NCBI GenBank assembly: GCA_963840455.1
Contig: CAWIYV010000011.1
Span: 512,001 to 576,000 of the forward strand
Source: Nitrospirota bacterium
GTDB lineage: Bacteria; Nitrospirota; UBA9217
DNA: 64,000 bases
Direction: 5' to 3'
Within the stretch, counting starts at the first letter, position 1; every line of letters begins with the position of its first letter. Shown one piece after another: positions 10,963-21,036 of the stretch. The translations under genes were made by a program, and so were the position numbers. Below the pieces are notes generated by a model that made no database searches, was not told the DNA's origin, and worked only from the letters and a program-made list of their open reading frames with translations.

Positions 10963-13198
10963 CTACATGACCCCGAACGGGTTCCGGCCGAACCCTTTGA
11001 CCTTCTCGACGAAATCGTTGATCATCTCCGGCAGCTTATCGTACTCGTTGATGGCGATCTGCATCAGGCCGACGCGCTCGGACTCGAGCTGCAGCCGGTT
11101 CAGCGTCTCGCTGACCTTGCTGAAGCGGGTGTTCGCCAGCTCGCTACCCTTCACGAAGTGACACTGGTAGTTCTCGCCGTACTTGCAGCCGAGAAGCAGC
11201 ATGCCGTCGACCCCCTTGGAGAGCGCGTCGGCGACCCATACCAGGTTCATGCCGCCCAGGCAGCGCATGGAGACGAAGCGCACGGACGGGTCGATCTTCT
11301 TGCCCGAGAGCACGGCCGTATCGATGGCAGGATAAGAATCGTTCTCGCAGACCAGGCAGGCGATGCGGAAAGTGTCCTCGTCGTCCGACACTTCGATGGT
11401 CTTCAGCATGGAGCCCACGATGTCGACGCTGTAGTCCTTGAAGGACACGATGCGCTCGGGGCAGGCGCCCATGCAGGTGCCGCAGCGGCGGCAGCGGTTG
11501 AGGTTGTACTTGGGGATGCCCTTCTCGTCCTCGTCGATTGCGCCGAAGGGGCACTCTTCCGTGCAGCGCTTGCAGGCCGTGCACTTGATGAGCATCGGGT
11601 CCGGGTAGGTCGTGTCCCAGGCGCGCGGATGGACCGCGACGCCGCGCTGCACATGGTCGATGGCTTGGATGGCCTTGAACGCCGCTCCGGCCCCGTCCTC
11701 CTGGGCCTCTGCCATGTTCATGGGCTGGTGCACGCCGCCGGCGGCGTAGATGCCCGTCCGCCGGGTCTCGTACTGGAAGCAGATGAAGTTCGAATCAGCG
11801 AAGCCGGACGCCCCTTCGAGGGTCGGGAGCTCCGGCCCCTGGCGGTAACCCAGGTTCAGGATGTAGTCCGGCTTCGGCGTTTGCTCCAGATAGTTCTTCT
11901 TGGATTCGTCGCCGCCCGCAGCCGCATTGGTCAGGCCGTCCGCGTACTCCTGCGCTCCACGCGTCGTCGGGACCATGCCCGTGGCAAGGACCACCAGGTC
12001 CGCCTCGACCTTCACCTTCTCGCCGGTCTTGGTGCCGAAAAGGGTGTTCTCCATCTCGACGAAGAGGTTGCCGTTGCCCGCATCGGACACGCCGGTCACA
12101 TCTGCCTTCGAGAGCATCACGCCCGGGTTGTTCTGTGCTTCCTTGTAGTAAAGCTCGGTCCTGCCCGGTGTCCGGATGTCCTTGTAGAAGATCATCGCAA
12201 GGGCATTCGGGTTCTGGCGCACATACTGCGACTGCTTGAGCGATGTGGCGCAGCACATGGACGAGCAGTACGGGAGGTGGTTCGGGTCGCGCTGGCCCGC
12301 GCACTGCACGAAGGCGACCTTGAGGGCCTCCTTGCCGTCCGAGGGGCGCAGGAGCTTGCCGTTGTTCTTCTTGGCGATCTCTTCGAGCTCGAAGTTGGTG
12401 ACCACGTTCTTGAGCTTGCCGTAGCCGAGGTAATCGAGCTTGTTCGCATCGTAGGGATTCCAGCCCGTGGCCATCACGATGGCGCCGATCTTCATGGTCT
12501 CGCCGTTCGAGAGCGTCACGTCGTACAGGCCCGGCTGTCCGTCGGTCTTCGTCGACCGTCGTGGACTTGTAGACCTTGATGTTCCCATGACCCTCTACTT
12601 CCGCAACAGTCTTTGCGATGTCCGTGTCAACGATCAGCGGCTTGTTGATGTACGAGCCGGTCGGGATCTTCTTGTAGAGCTTGTTCACGAAACCGCCGAG
12701 CTGGGCGGCCTTCTCCACGAGCACGACCTTCTGGCCCGCACCCGCGGCCGACAGGGCCGCGGTCATGCCGGCGATGCCGCCGCCGATCACGAGGATGGTG
12801 CTGTTCAGGTCGGGGAGGATGTTCGGAACGGCGAAATCCGACTTCTGGACCCGCACGATGCCCATGTTCAGGTAGTCGTAGGCAGCATCATAGGCCTCGG
12901 ACGATTTCGGCTCCAGGGCCCAGGCCACGAATTCGCGGAGGTTCACCCGCTCGACAATGGCGCCGGGAAAGGAGAACTCGGCGGCCTTGGCGCGCGCCGA
13001 GCAGGCGGCGATAACGATGGAGTTCACGCCTTCCTTGGCCATGTCGTCCTTGATCATCTGCACGCCCGCGGGGCTGCAGAGGGTGTCATGGGTCCGGGAC
13101 AGCGGCACCTTCTTGGCAACGCCCTCGAGCTTCGTGATGTCAACGGCGTCGGCAATGCCGCATCCTTTACAGAGATATACGCAGATCTTCTTCTCCAT
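10963..13198 (-). CDS. qmoB: QmoB (HdrA-like flavoprotein + ferredoxin + MvhD domain), interrupted by a +1 frameshift near 12553
   Basis: ORF 11795..13198 gives the HdrA-like N-terminus (IGGGIAG); ORF 10963..12588 continues KTDGQPG...QCAGQRD...CTACKRC...GCKYGENYQCHF; span 2236 nt = 3n+1. Confidence 0.9.
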
Positions 13199-13200
13199 CC

Positions 13201-14451
13201 CTAGTTCCTCCTCAAGCTCTGGATGCTCTTCATCACCACACCCGTCGCGTCCTGCGCTGACCGCGCAACGTCCACAGGGGTCTTGAGCGTTCCCGTTGCA
13301 TAGATGCCCTTGGGGAGGGTCGTCTGGTCGATGAACCCGTCATCGGTGACGGTCACTCCCGCGCCGGTCAACGAACGCGCCGTGGGCTTCATGCCCGTTG
13401 CCAGCACGACCATATCGAAGGTCTCCGTGATCTTGCCGCCGCCATGGATGTCCTCGGCGGTCACCTTCACGTCTCCGTTCTCGCCCTGCTCGATCTTCGC
13501 GACCTTGCCCTTGAGGAACGATACGTTCGCATCGGCCTTGAGCTTGGTATAGAACCGGTTCTCATAGAGGCCGGGGGTGCGGATGTCGATGTAGAAGATC
13601 TTTGCCTTCGAATCTTTGTAGAGCTCCCGGACATACGAGGCCTGCTTCAGCGAGGCCAGGCAGCAGATATAGGAGCAATGGGCCAGGTGGTTCTCGTCGC
13701 GCGAGCCCGCGCACTGCACGAAGGCGATGTTTTTCACTTCCTTCCCGTCGGAGGGACGCACGATCTTGCCAGCCGTGGGCCCGTTCGGCGCGGCGATCCG
13801 TTCCATCATCATGTTCGTGATGACGTTCTGGACCTTGCCGAACGCGAGGTTGTCCATCTTGGTCGCGTCGTAGGGATCCCAGCCCGTGGCCATGACCACG
13901 GCGCCGGCCTTTACGGTGACGGTCTCGCCCTTCATGTCGAGGTGGATCGCGTCATACTTGCAAGCTTCGACGCACTTGGCGCAGGAAGCGCCCTTGCACG
14001 CCTTGCCGTCAATGACGTACTGCAGCGGGAACGCCTGGTTGTGCGGCAGATAGGCCGCCTTGGTCTTGCTCATCCCGAAGTCGAAGTCGTTCGACCGCTC
14101 CTCAGGGCAGACCTCGGTGCACTTGTTGCATCCCGTGCACTTCTCATTCACGAACCGCGGCTGGGTCTTGATCGTCACGTCGAAGTTGCCTTCGGTGCCC
14201 GAGATCTTCTCCACCTCGGCCATAGTGTAGATCTTCACCTTGCCGTTGTTCTTGATCCGTTTGTACTGGATCTCGAGACCGCAGTTCGGGGGGCACATCT
14301 TCCAGAAGTACTTGTTCAGCTGCGTCACCCGTCCGCCGAGATAGGGGTTCTTCTCCACGATGATGACGCTGGAGCCTGCTTCCGCGGCCTCCACAGCCGC
14401 CGTGAGGCCGCTGAACCCGCCGCCGACGACTAATACTGTATTTTCCGCCAT
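13201..14451 (-). CDS. qmoA: QmoA (HdrA-like flavoprotein)
   Basis: VVGGGFSGLTAA FAD motif, KMCPPNCG, QCAGSRD, CSYICC; start MAENTV with RBS GGAGG. Confidence 0.93.
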   Translation of the reverse strand: MAENTVLVVGGGFSGLTAAVEAAEAGSSVIIVEKNPYLGGRVTQLNKYFWKMCPPNCGLEIQYKRIKNNGKVKIYTMAEVEKISGTEGNFDVTIKTQPRFVNEKCTGCNKCTEVCPEERSNDFDFGMSKTKAAYLPHNQAFPLQYVIDGKACKGASCAKCVEACKYDAIHLDMKGETVTVKAGAVVMATGWDPYDATKMDNLAFGKVQNVITNMMMERIAAPNGPTAGKIVRPSDGKEVKNIAFVQCAGSRDENHLAHCSYICCLASLKQASYVRELYKDSKAKIFYIDIRTPGLYENRFYTKLKADANVSFLKGKVAKIEQGENGDVKVTAEDIHGGGKITETFDMVVLATGMKPTARSLTGAGVTVTDDGFIDQTTLPKGIYATGTLKTPVDVARSAQDATGVVMKSIQSLRRN

Positions 14452-14595
14452 GGTACCTGATCCTCCTTCAAGGCAGTAAGACCGACACACAATGTTGTAA
14501 ATTGGAAATTGGAAATTGCGGGTTTGAACCTTAAAAAAGAAGCGAGCATCGCTCGCTTTCCATTATTTTACAATTTGCACTTTTCAATTTACAAG

Positions 14596-14633
14596 AAAAT
14601 CTCCGGGAAGGGCATTGCCCTTCCCGGAGTTTT
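14596..14633 (-). terminator. Hairpin (terminator or mRNA stabiliser) between aprA and qmoA
   Basis: CTCCGGGAAGGGCA-t-TGCCCTTCCCGGAG perfect inverted repeat right after the aprA stop. Confidence 0.7.
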
Positions 14634-14641
14634 GAATGTTC

Positions 14642-16681
14642 TTAATGCTTTACAGGAGCTGCATCCTCAACCATCTGTACGTAGGGCACCTTCTTCACTT
14701 CCCAGGTGTCCTTCTCCAAGTTGTAATTGGAGTTCACGAAGCACTTCCAGTTCTTGTCGTCCACCAGGTCGAAGTCGCCGCGATAGTAGTAGCCGGGATA
14801 CCGGGACTCTTCCCTGAACAGGATGTGGCGCGCATGGGCCTCCACGGACAGGATGCGATGGTAGTTCTCCCAGCAGCGCATCAGTTCGTGCAGATTGCTC
14901 GCAGCCATCTTGGACGTGTCCTCCTTCAGCATCTGGAGGAGCCGCAGACCTTCCTCGAGCATCGTCTTGGAGGTCATGTACCAGGTCGAGATCCCGCCAA
15001 AGTACTCGTCGGCGATCTTCTGCAGACGGGTCTGGAGCATCTTCGGCTTGATGTAGTTCGGGTTGATCTCCGGTGCCGTGGTGTAGGTCTTGTACTTCTC
15101 GTACACTTCGAACGGCAGGTAGAGCTCGGCGGCCAGATGGTCCTCGGTCTCCTTGATCGTCGGGGTGTAGTTCGGATTGTCGAGGATGAACGCGATCGCG
15201 TTCTTGGCGGCGATGCGGCCTTCCGCGTGCGAACCGGACGAGAACTTATGGCCTGAAGCGCCGCAGATGTCGCCGCACATGAAGAGGCCCTTCACGGTCG
15301 ACTGACGGTTGTAGTTGCCTGCCGGCCACTTCTTGTTCCATTCTTCCGGCGCGCCGAGGTCATCAGGACCGCAGCACCAGAAGCCCGCGCAGCCCGCGTG
15401 CGAACCGAGGAGGTACGGCTCGGTCGGCATGATCTCGGACGGGACCTTGTCCGGCTCGACGTTCTTGGACGCCCAGAGGCCGGCCTGGCCGATGGCCATA
15501 TCGAGGAAGTCTTCCCATGCTTCAGCGACCAGGTGCTTCACCTTCTTGGCGCCTTCCTTCTCGCCGAGCTTCTCGATGAAGGTCTTGTTGATGGCTGCCA
15601 TCGCCTCATCGGTCCTCATGAGGATCGGGCCCTTGCCCTTCTTCATGTCGCGCATCATCAGGTGGTTCCGGATGGCAGTGCCGAGGTTGTCGACATACTT
15701 GCCATACTTGGCCTTGGCTTCCGCCAGCGCCTCTGCATCGACACAATAGTCCTCACCAAGGCTGTTGGTCGCCTTGGCCTTGAAGAACAGGAACCAGGCG
15801 CCGACCGGGCCGTAGCCGTCCTTGAAGCGGGCGGGCACGAAGCGGTTCTCCATCATGGTCAGCTCTGCGCCGGCCTGCAGACCGAGCGCGTAGCCGGAAC
15901 CGGAGTTCCACACCGGATACCAGGCGCGGCCCTGGCCTTCCTGGGTCGACCGGGGACGGAACACGTTCACGGCGCCGCCTGCTGCCAGCACCATGGCCTT
16001 GGCTTTGAAGATATAGATCTTGTTCTCGCGGACGCTGAAACCGGCCGCCGCTGCAACGCGGTTGGGCTCCTTGGCATCGTTGTACAGCTTCACGATGAAG
16101 ACGCGCTCGTAATGGTTCGTCTTCACGCCGGTGGCGGCACGGTTGGACTCCAGGGCCTTCTTCGCGGCTTCCGCCACGATGACCTTGTAGGACTCGCCGT
16201 TGATCATGATCTGCCACTTACCGGAGCGGACAGGCTTGCCGCCGTCCTTGAGGGAAACCTTGCCGGCTTCCTTTGCCTGGAAACCGTCGAGGGAGAAGCC
16301 ATCGTCGCCGATCTTCCAGATCGGAAGGCCCCACTCCTCGAAGAGCTGCACGGAATCATCGACGTGGCGGCCCAGGTCATAGACCAGGTCCTCGCGGATG
16401 ATGCCCATGAGATCGTTCCGAACCATCTTGACATAATCCGCCGGATCGTTCTCACCCATGTAGGTGTTGATGGCGGAAAGGCCCATTGCAACGGCGCCGG
16501 ACCTGTCGGTCGCGGCCTTGTCCACCATGGTGATCTTCATCTTCTTGGGATTCGCCCAGCGTGCGCCCTCGAAAGCCGCGCCGCAGCAGGCCATACCGCC
16601 GCCGATCAGGAGGAGGTCGGTCTCGACCGTCTCGATCTCAGGCTTCTTGCAGAACGAAAACGTACAGGTTTCTTTTTCCAT
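14642..16681 (-). CDS. aprA: Adenylylsulfate (APS) reductase alpha subunit
   Basis: DRSGAVAMGLSAINTY, WQIMINGESY, ENRFVPARFKDGYGPVGAW, GHKFSSGSHAEG. Confidence 0.98.
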   Translation of the reverse strand: MEKETCTFSFCKKPEIETVETDLLLIGGGMACCGAAFEGARWANPKKMKITMVDKAATDRSGAVAMGLSAINTYMGENDPADYVKMVRNDLMGIIREDLVYDLGRHVDDSVQLFEEWGLPIWKIGDDGFSLDGFQAKEAGKVSLKDGGKPVRSGKWQIMINGESYKVIVAEAAKKALESNRAATGVKTNHYERVFIVKLYNDAKEPNRVAAAAGFSVRENKIYIFKAKAMVLAAGGAVNVFRPRSTQEGQGRAWYPVWNSGSGYALGLQAGAELTMMENRFVPARFKDGYGPVGAWFLFFKAKATNSLGEDYCVDAEALAEAKAKYGKYVDNLGTAIRNHLMMRDMKKGKGPILMRTDEAMAAINKTFIEKLGEKEGAKKVKHLVAEAWEDFLDMAIGQAGLWASKNVEPDKVPSEIMPTEPYLLGSHAGCAGFWCCGPDDLGAPEEWNKKWPAGNYNRQSTVKGLFMCGDICGASGHKFSSGSHAEGRIAAKNAIAFILDNPNYTPTIKETEDHLAAELYLPFEVYEKYKTYTTAPEINPNYIKPKMLQTRLQKIADEYFGGISTWYMTSKTMLEEGLRLLQMLKEDTSKMAASNLHELMRCWENYHRILSVEAHARHILFREESRYPGYYYRGDFDLVDDKNWKCFVNSNYNLEKDTWEVKKVPYVQMVEDAAPVKH

Positions 16682-16695
16682 TTATCCTATCCTCC

Positions 16696-17127
16696 TTATT
16701 TCTTGATGACCGGCATCGGCTTCGTGGTGGTGAAAAAACCGGCCTGTTTGATTTTTGCCATGTCCACTTCAGGCTTGCCCTTGTAGGGATCGACCGAGCC
16801 TTCTGCCGTGGTGCGGATCGGGAACTTGAAGCGCTGGAGCTTCCCGTTCCGGAACTTGATGGTCCACATGATGGAATCCGTTCCCCGCATCGGGATAACG
16901 TTTGCACCCAGGGGGGCGAAATCCTGGTAGGCCCGGATCTCGATCGCCTGCTGGGGGCAGATCTTCACACAGTTGTAGCACTCCCAGCACTGCTCCGGCT
17001 CCTGGTTGTAGGCCTTCATGAGGTCCCTGTTCAGGGTCATGAGGTCGTTCGGACAGATGTACTGGCATGCTGTCTTGTCCTGCGCCTTGCAGCCGTCGCA
17101 CTTCTCGGTGATTACATAACTCGGCAT
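16696..17127 (-). CDS. aprB: APS reductase beta subunit
   Basis: CDGCKAQDKTACQYICP, CWECYNCVKICP, KFPIRTT. Confidence 0.97.
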   Translation of the reverse strand: MPSYVITEKCDGCKAQDKTACQYICPNDLMTLNRDLMKAYNQEPEQCWECYNCVKICPQQAIEIRAYQDFAPLGANVIPMRGTDSIMWTIKFRNGKLQRFKFPIRTTAEGSVDPYKGKPEVDMAKIKQAGFFTTTKPMPVIKK

Positions 17128-17187
17128 GGTACTAACCTCCTATCGTTGGAATAAAATTAACTGCTTCCGCAGTCGTTAAACCTTCGG

Positions 17188-18429
17188 TTACTTTTTCTCC
17201 GTATGCGTGCCCTCGGCATGGCTGTGAAGCTTGATCTCCACCTTTGTGGTAAGGCCGGCATAGTACTTCTTGAGGATCTCGAGCACTTCGGGACGGCTGA
17301 AGTGATCGGGAACGTTCTCACCCTCGGAGAGCATCTTCCGGAGCTTGGTGCCGGAAAGCATGAGACGGTCTTCCTTGCCGTGGGGGCAGGTCCTCATGGA
17401 GGCCATGCCGTCGCACTTGAAGCAATAGAAGGTGTGGTCGATCTTGAGCGGCTGGGTCTCGAGCGCGCCCGCCGGGATCTCGTCGAATATCTTCTGCGCA
17501 TCGAACGGGCCGTAGTAGTCGCCCACACCGGCATGGTCGCGGCCGACGATCAGGTGGCTGCAGCCGAAGTTCTGCCGGAAGAGCGCGTGCAGGAGGGCCT
17601 CCCGCGGACCGGCATACCGCATTTCCATGGGATAACCGCACTGAACGGCGCTGTCCTTCACAAAGTACTTGTCCATGAGGGTGTTGATGGCGTCGGCGCG
17701 GACATCGGCCGGAATGTCACCCTCTTTGAGCTTGCCCAGGATCTGGTGGATCAGCACGCCGTCCATGGTCTCGATGGCGATCTTGGCAAGGTACTCGTGC
17801 GAACGGTGCATGGGGTTCCGGGTCTGGAACGCCGCGATCTTGCTCCAGCCCTTGGCCTCGAAGATCTTGCGGGTCTCAACCGGCTTCATATAGATGCCCT
17901 TGAAGGTCTGGGGGAAATGGGCCTCGGACAGGACCTTCACCGGACCGGCCAGGTTCACATCGGGCTGGCCCATGACCTTCTGCACGCCCGGATGACCGGC
18001 GATGTCATTGGTGCGGAAGATCTTCGTGCATTCGTGCTCTTTGTCGGACTTCGACATGGCGTACTTCTCGGCCACCTTCATGGTGGCCATGATCTCGCCC
18101 GACTCTTCGTCAACAAGGGTGATCTCTTCGTTCTTCTTGAGGCTGTTCGCAAACTCCGGCGTCGCTGAGAGCGTGACCGGGACGGGCCAGAACGTTCCGT
18201 CAGCCATCTTGAACTTGTCGCACACGCCCTTCCAGTCCTTCTTGGTCATAAAACCCGTAAGCGGCGTAAATGCGCCGATGCCCATCATCACGAGGTCTGC
18301 GGTTTCGCGCGACGAGATCTTGAGCTGCTTCAGGGTCTTGGCCTTCTTAAGCTCTTTCTGAAGGGCCGATCCTTCCAGAAGAAGAGGCATAAGCTTCTTC
18401 TTTTTGCCATGAGGCTTTACCAGTGCCAT
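17188..18429 (-). CDS. sat: Sulfate adenylyltransferase (dissimilatory ATP sulfurylase)
   Basis: [34 protein letters not shown]. Confidence 0.98.
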   Translation of the reverse strand: MALVKPHGKKKKLMPLLLEGSALQKELKKAKTLKQLKISSRETADLVMMGIGAFTPLTGFMTKKDWKGVCDKFKMADGTFWPVPVTLSATPEFANSLKKNEEITLVDEESGEIMATMKVAEKYAMSKSDKEHECTKIFRTNDIAGHPGVQKVMGQPDVNLAGPVKVLSEAHFPQTFKGIYMKPVETRKIFEAKGWSKIAAFQTRNPMHRSHEYLAKIAIETMDGVLIHQILGKLKEGDIPADVRADAINTLMDKYFVKDSAVQCGYPMEMRYAGPREALLHALFRQNFGCSHLIVGRDHAGVGDYYGPFDAQKIFDEIPAGALETQPLKIDHTFYCFKCDGMASMRTCPHGKEDRLMLSGTKLRKMLSEGENVPDHFSRPEVLEILKKYYAGLTTKVEIKLHSHAEGTHTEKK

Positions 18430-18496
18430 GCTGCGTTCCTCCTTGATCAGAATTTACAGAAGTCATAGGTCCTATTGGTCGTATAGGACTTATTGT

Positions 18497-19150
18497 TTAT
18501 TTTCCTTCGATGGCGGCAACCGCCTTCTTGAAGATGTCGTCGATGCTGCCGACGCCCATGACCGTCTTCATGATCTTTTTCTTCGAATAGTAATCGATGA
18601 GCGGCGCGGTCTGCTGCTGATACACGTCAAGCCGTTTCTTGATGGTCGCTTCCTTGTCGTCGTCGCGCTGGAACAGCGCGCCGCCGCACTTGTCGCAGAC
18701 GCCTTCTTTTTTTGAAGGGGAGAAATAGATGTTGTACATCTGCTGGCAGGATTTGCAAGTCCGCCGGCCGGTGAGCCGCTTCAGGAGGTCGTTCAGGTCC
18801 ACATCGATGTTGAGCGCCACGGTGAGGGGCATGCTCGCGCCGGTGAGTATCTTGTCGAGGGCCTCGGCCTGGGCGGTGTTGCGCGGGAACCCGTCGAGGA
18901 TGAAGCCGTTCTTGCAGTCCGGCTGCTTGAGCCGCTCTTCCACCAGGCCGAGCACGATCTTGTCCGAAACAAGACCGCCCGAATCCATGATGACCTTCGC
19001 TTCCTTACCCAGAGGCGTGCCATCGGCAACGGCCTTTCGAAGGATGTCTCCCGTAGAGATCTGCGGGATTTTGAACTTGTCGATCAGCATCTTTGCCTGG
19101 GTGCCTTTGCCGGCACCGGGGGCGCCCAGCAGAACTACTCGTGATGCCAT
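18497..19150 (-). CDS. adk: Adenylate kinase (Zn-lid type)
   Basis: GAPGAGKGTQA, STGDILR, LDGFPR, CKSC...CDKC lid. Confidence 0.97.
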   Translation of the reverse strand: MASRVVLLGAPGAGKGTQAKMLIDKFKIPQISTGDILRKAVADGTPLGKEAKVIMDSGGLVSDKIVLGLVEERLKQPDCKNGFILDGFPRNTAQAEALDKILTGASMPLTVALNIDVDLNDLLKRLTGRRTCKSCQQMYNIYFSPSKKEGVCDKCGGALFQRDDDKEATIKKRLDVYQQQTAPLIDYYSKKKIMKTVMGVGSIDDIFKKAVAAIEGK

Positions 19151-19305
19151 GAGAGCGAACCTCCGTAACGAGTTATGATCTCAGCCGAACGAAAGGAGTG
19201 ACGGGGAGTGTGATATGAAGTGCTCCCGGGCGAGCGTGGTTCGGCGCAGGCAGTAATATCGTTGAAACGGCCTTTATTTGCAAGTTAAAAATTATAATTT
19301 GAATA

Positions 19306-19917
19306 TTAGTTTTCTTTATGCTTTGAAAAAGAATGGAGGAATTCGGCTAGTTTTTCAACAGCTTTCCCGCGGTGGCTCAACGAGTCCTTCTCTTCTGCCG
19401 TCATTTCGGCGAAGGTCCGGTCAAAACCCTCGGGAAGGAAGACCGGGTCATATCCAAACCCCTTTTTCCCCCGCGGTTCGAACCCGATCCGACCACGGGA
19501 GTAGCCAAAAAAGGTTCTTGTCCTGCCGTCTGGGTAGGCAATTGCCAGGGAGCATACGAACCGGGCGCTTCGCTCTTGGGGAGGGATGCTTTTTAGGTCT
19601 TTTAGCAGCTTTTCATAGTTTTTGGGGTCGTTCCCGCTTGTCGCATCCGGGGCATATCGGGCGGAATAGACCCCGGGTGCCCCGCCTAGCGCATCGACCT
19701 CGAGGCCGGAATCGTCGGCCAGCGATATCTTGCCCGTGCACATCGCTACCTCGACAGCCTTCTTGATCGCGTTGGCTTCGAAGCTGTCCCGGTCCTCGAC
19801 GGTCTCAGGGCAGTCAGGAAAGTCATCGAGGGAAAGCACGGTGATCGGTAGGTCAGCAGTGATCCGCCGGATCTCCTCGATCTTCTTCTTGTTACGCGTG
19901 GCGAGAACGATCTCCAT
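19306..19917 (-). CDS. rdgB: XTP/dITP diphosphatase (Ham1/RdgB)
   Basis: ATRNKKK, ADDSGLEVDALGGAPGVYSARY, GFGYDPVF, SHRGKA. Confidence 0.95.
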   Translation of the reverse strand: MEIVLATRNKKKIEEIRRITADLPITVLSLDDFPDCPETVEDRDSFEANAIKKAVEVAMCTGKISLADDSGLEVDALGGAPGVYSARYAPDATSGNDPKNYEKLLKDLKSIPPQERSARFVCSLAIAYPDGRTRTFFGYSRGRIGFEPRGKKGFGYDPVFLPEGFDRTFAEMTAEEKDSLSHRGKAVEKLAEFLHSFSKHKEN

Positions 19918-20420
19918 AGGAGGCGTACATTAGCACAAAAGCCGCGACCTTGCAACAGCACTATCACTTGGCAAGCGACGGAGGCGAGTATGCGTCGCCC
20001 AGACCTTAGCGGAAATCCCCTGATATCCACCCTTTCTTCGCATCACCGCCATGATCGCGCCTCACGGGCCGATCCCTGTCTTCTGAAATACCGGTAGCCC
20101 GCTCTTTGGGCAAGGCGTTTCATGCAATGGACATGTTGTTTCCCGGATGAAGACCTATTGGCAGATGTGCATTAACGAAGAACGTACGATGCAAGCAAGA
20201 CCGCGACAAGCCGCGCGGCATCCTCAGCGACGCCACCGGACGTAATTCAGCAGTGGTTCTTCGCCCGGGACATCAACCTCGATCCTCGGGGGGTAGTGTC
20301 GCCGTAAAGAACCCTCAGGGACCCATATACGGCGTATCATGCAACAGTTCAATTATCCTGTTTTGCGTTCAACGGTGCGCTCGCCGTGTCGGGGACATCC
20401 GGTCCTGGCGTGAAATCATA

Positions 20421-20858
20421 ATATGTCTTGACGCCCTATATCACTTTATGCTAGTTTTCTTATAGACAAAGAAATAATCCTTCTGGTCAATATTCTGTCA
20501 TCTGGGAGTTACTCAAATCGCCGTGTTTTTTCCAGAAAATTCATGAATAAAAAGACTTTTCCCCAACGCTAAAATGTTAACTTTCTGAAATACACATTGT
20601 AATTATTGAGAAATTAAAATCATAGTACTGAAGTATTAATATATGTCTTGACGCCCTATTTCACTTATGATAGCTTTTTAATAGACGAAGAAATAATACT
20701 TCTGCGCATTTTCTGTCACCTGGGAGTTGCTCAAATCACCGTGTTTTTTCCAGAAAATTCACTAATATAATGTCTTTTCCCTGATACCAAAATATGAACT
20801 TTCTGCAACGCACGTTGTAAATATTGAGAAATTAAGGCCATGGTACTGAAGTATCAAG
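20421..20858 (+). repeat. Imperfect tandem duplication of a ~220-bp AT-rich unit
   Basis: Copy 1 20421-20640 and copy 2 20641-~20858 both start ATATGTCTTGACGCCCTAT and share CTGGGAGTT.CTCAAATC.CCGTGTTTTTTCCAGAAAATTCA and ATTGAGAAATTAA...GTACTGAAGTAT. Confidence 0.95.
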
Positions 20859-20860
20859 AA

Positions 20861-20876
20861 TGGTACGCTAATTGCT
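20861..20876 (+). promoter_or_regulatory. sigma54 (-24/-12) promoter upstream of the GGDEF operon
   Basis: TGGTACGCTAATTGCT: GG-N10-GC, near consensus TGGCACG-N4-TTGC. Confidence 0.75.
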
Positions 20877-21036
20877 ATTAAAGTAGCAGGGAATTCCGCG
20901 ATCGTGAGGCAGAAGCGACTGGAATCAAACGTCGTTGGGGGTCTTTTCGCTGACCGGTATCGGCAACATGCACCAGGCAACATCTTAGAAGCGAAGAACG
21001 TTGTTCAACGACGGTCGTGCAATAGTCGGAGGATCA

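Noticed and set aside
11795-12550. C-terminal part of ORF 11795..13198 as a real domain, or Sec/programmed recoding in qmoB
   Set aside because: It is out-of-frame read-through after the frameshift; the break is an indel, not an in-frame TGA, and there is no slippery site
10849-12579. 576-aa plus-strand ORF and many similar long antisense ORFs (e.g. 15398..16786, 27747..29186, 44475..45881, 52577..54694)
   Set aside because: Shadow frames of well-supported genes in high-GC DNA, with no recognisable motifs
20421-20858. CRISPR leader/array or coding repeat
   Set aside because: Unit is ~220 bp, only two diverged copies, no short identical repeats and no credible ORF
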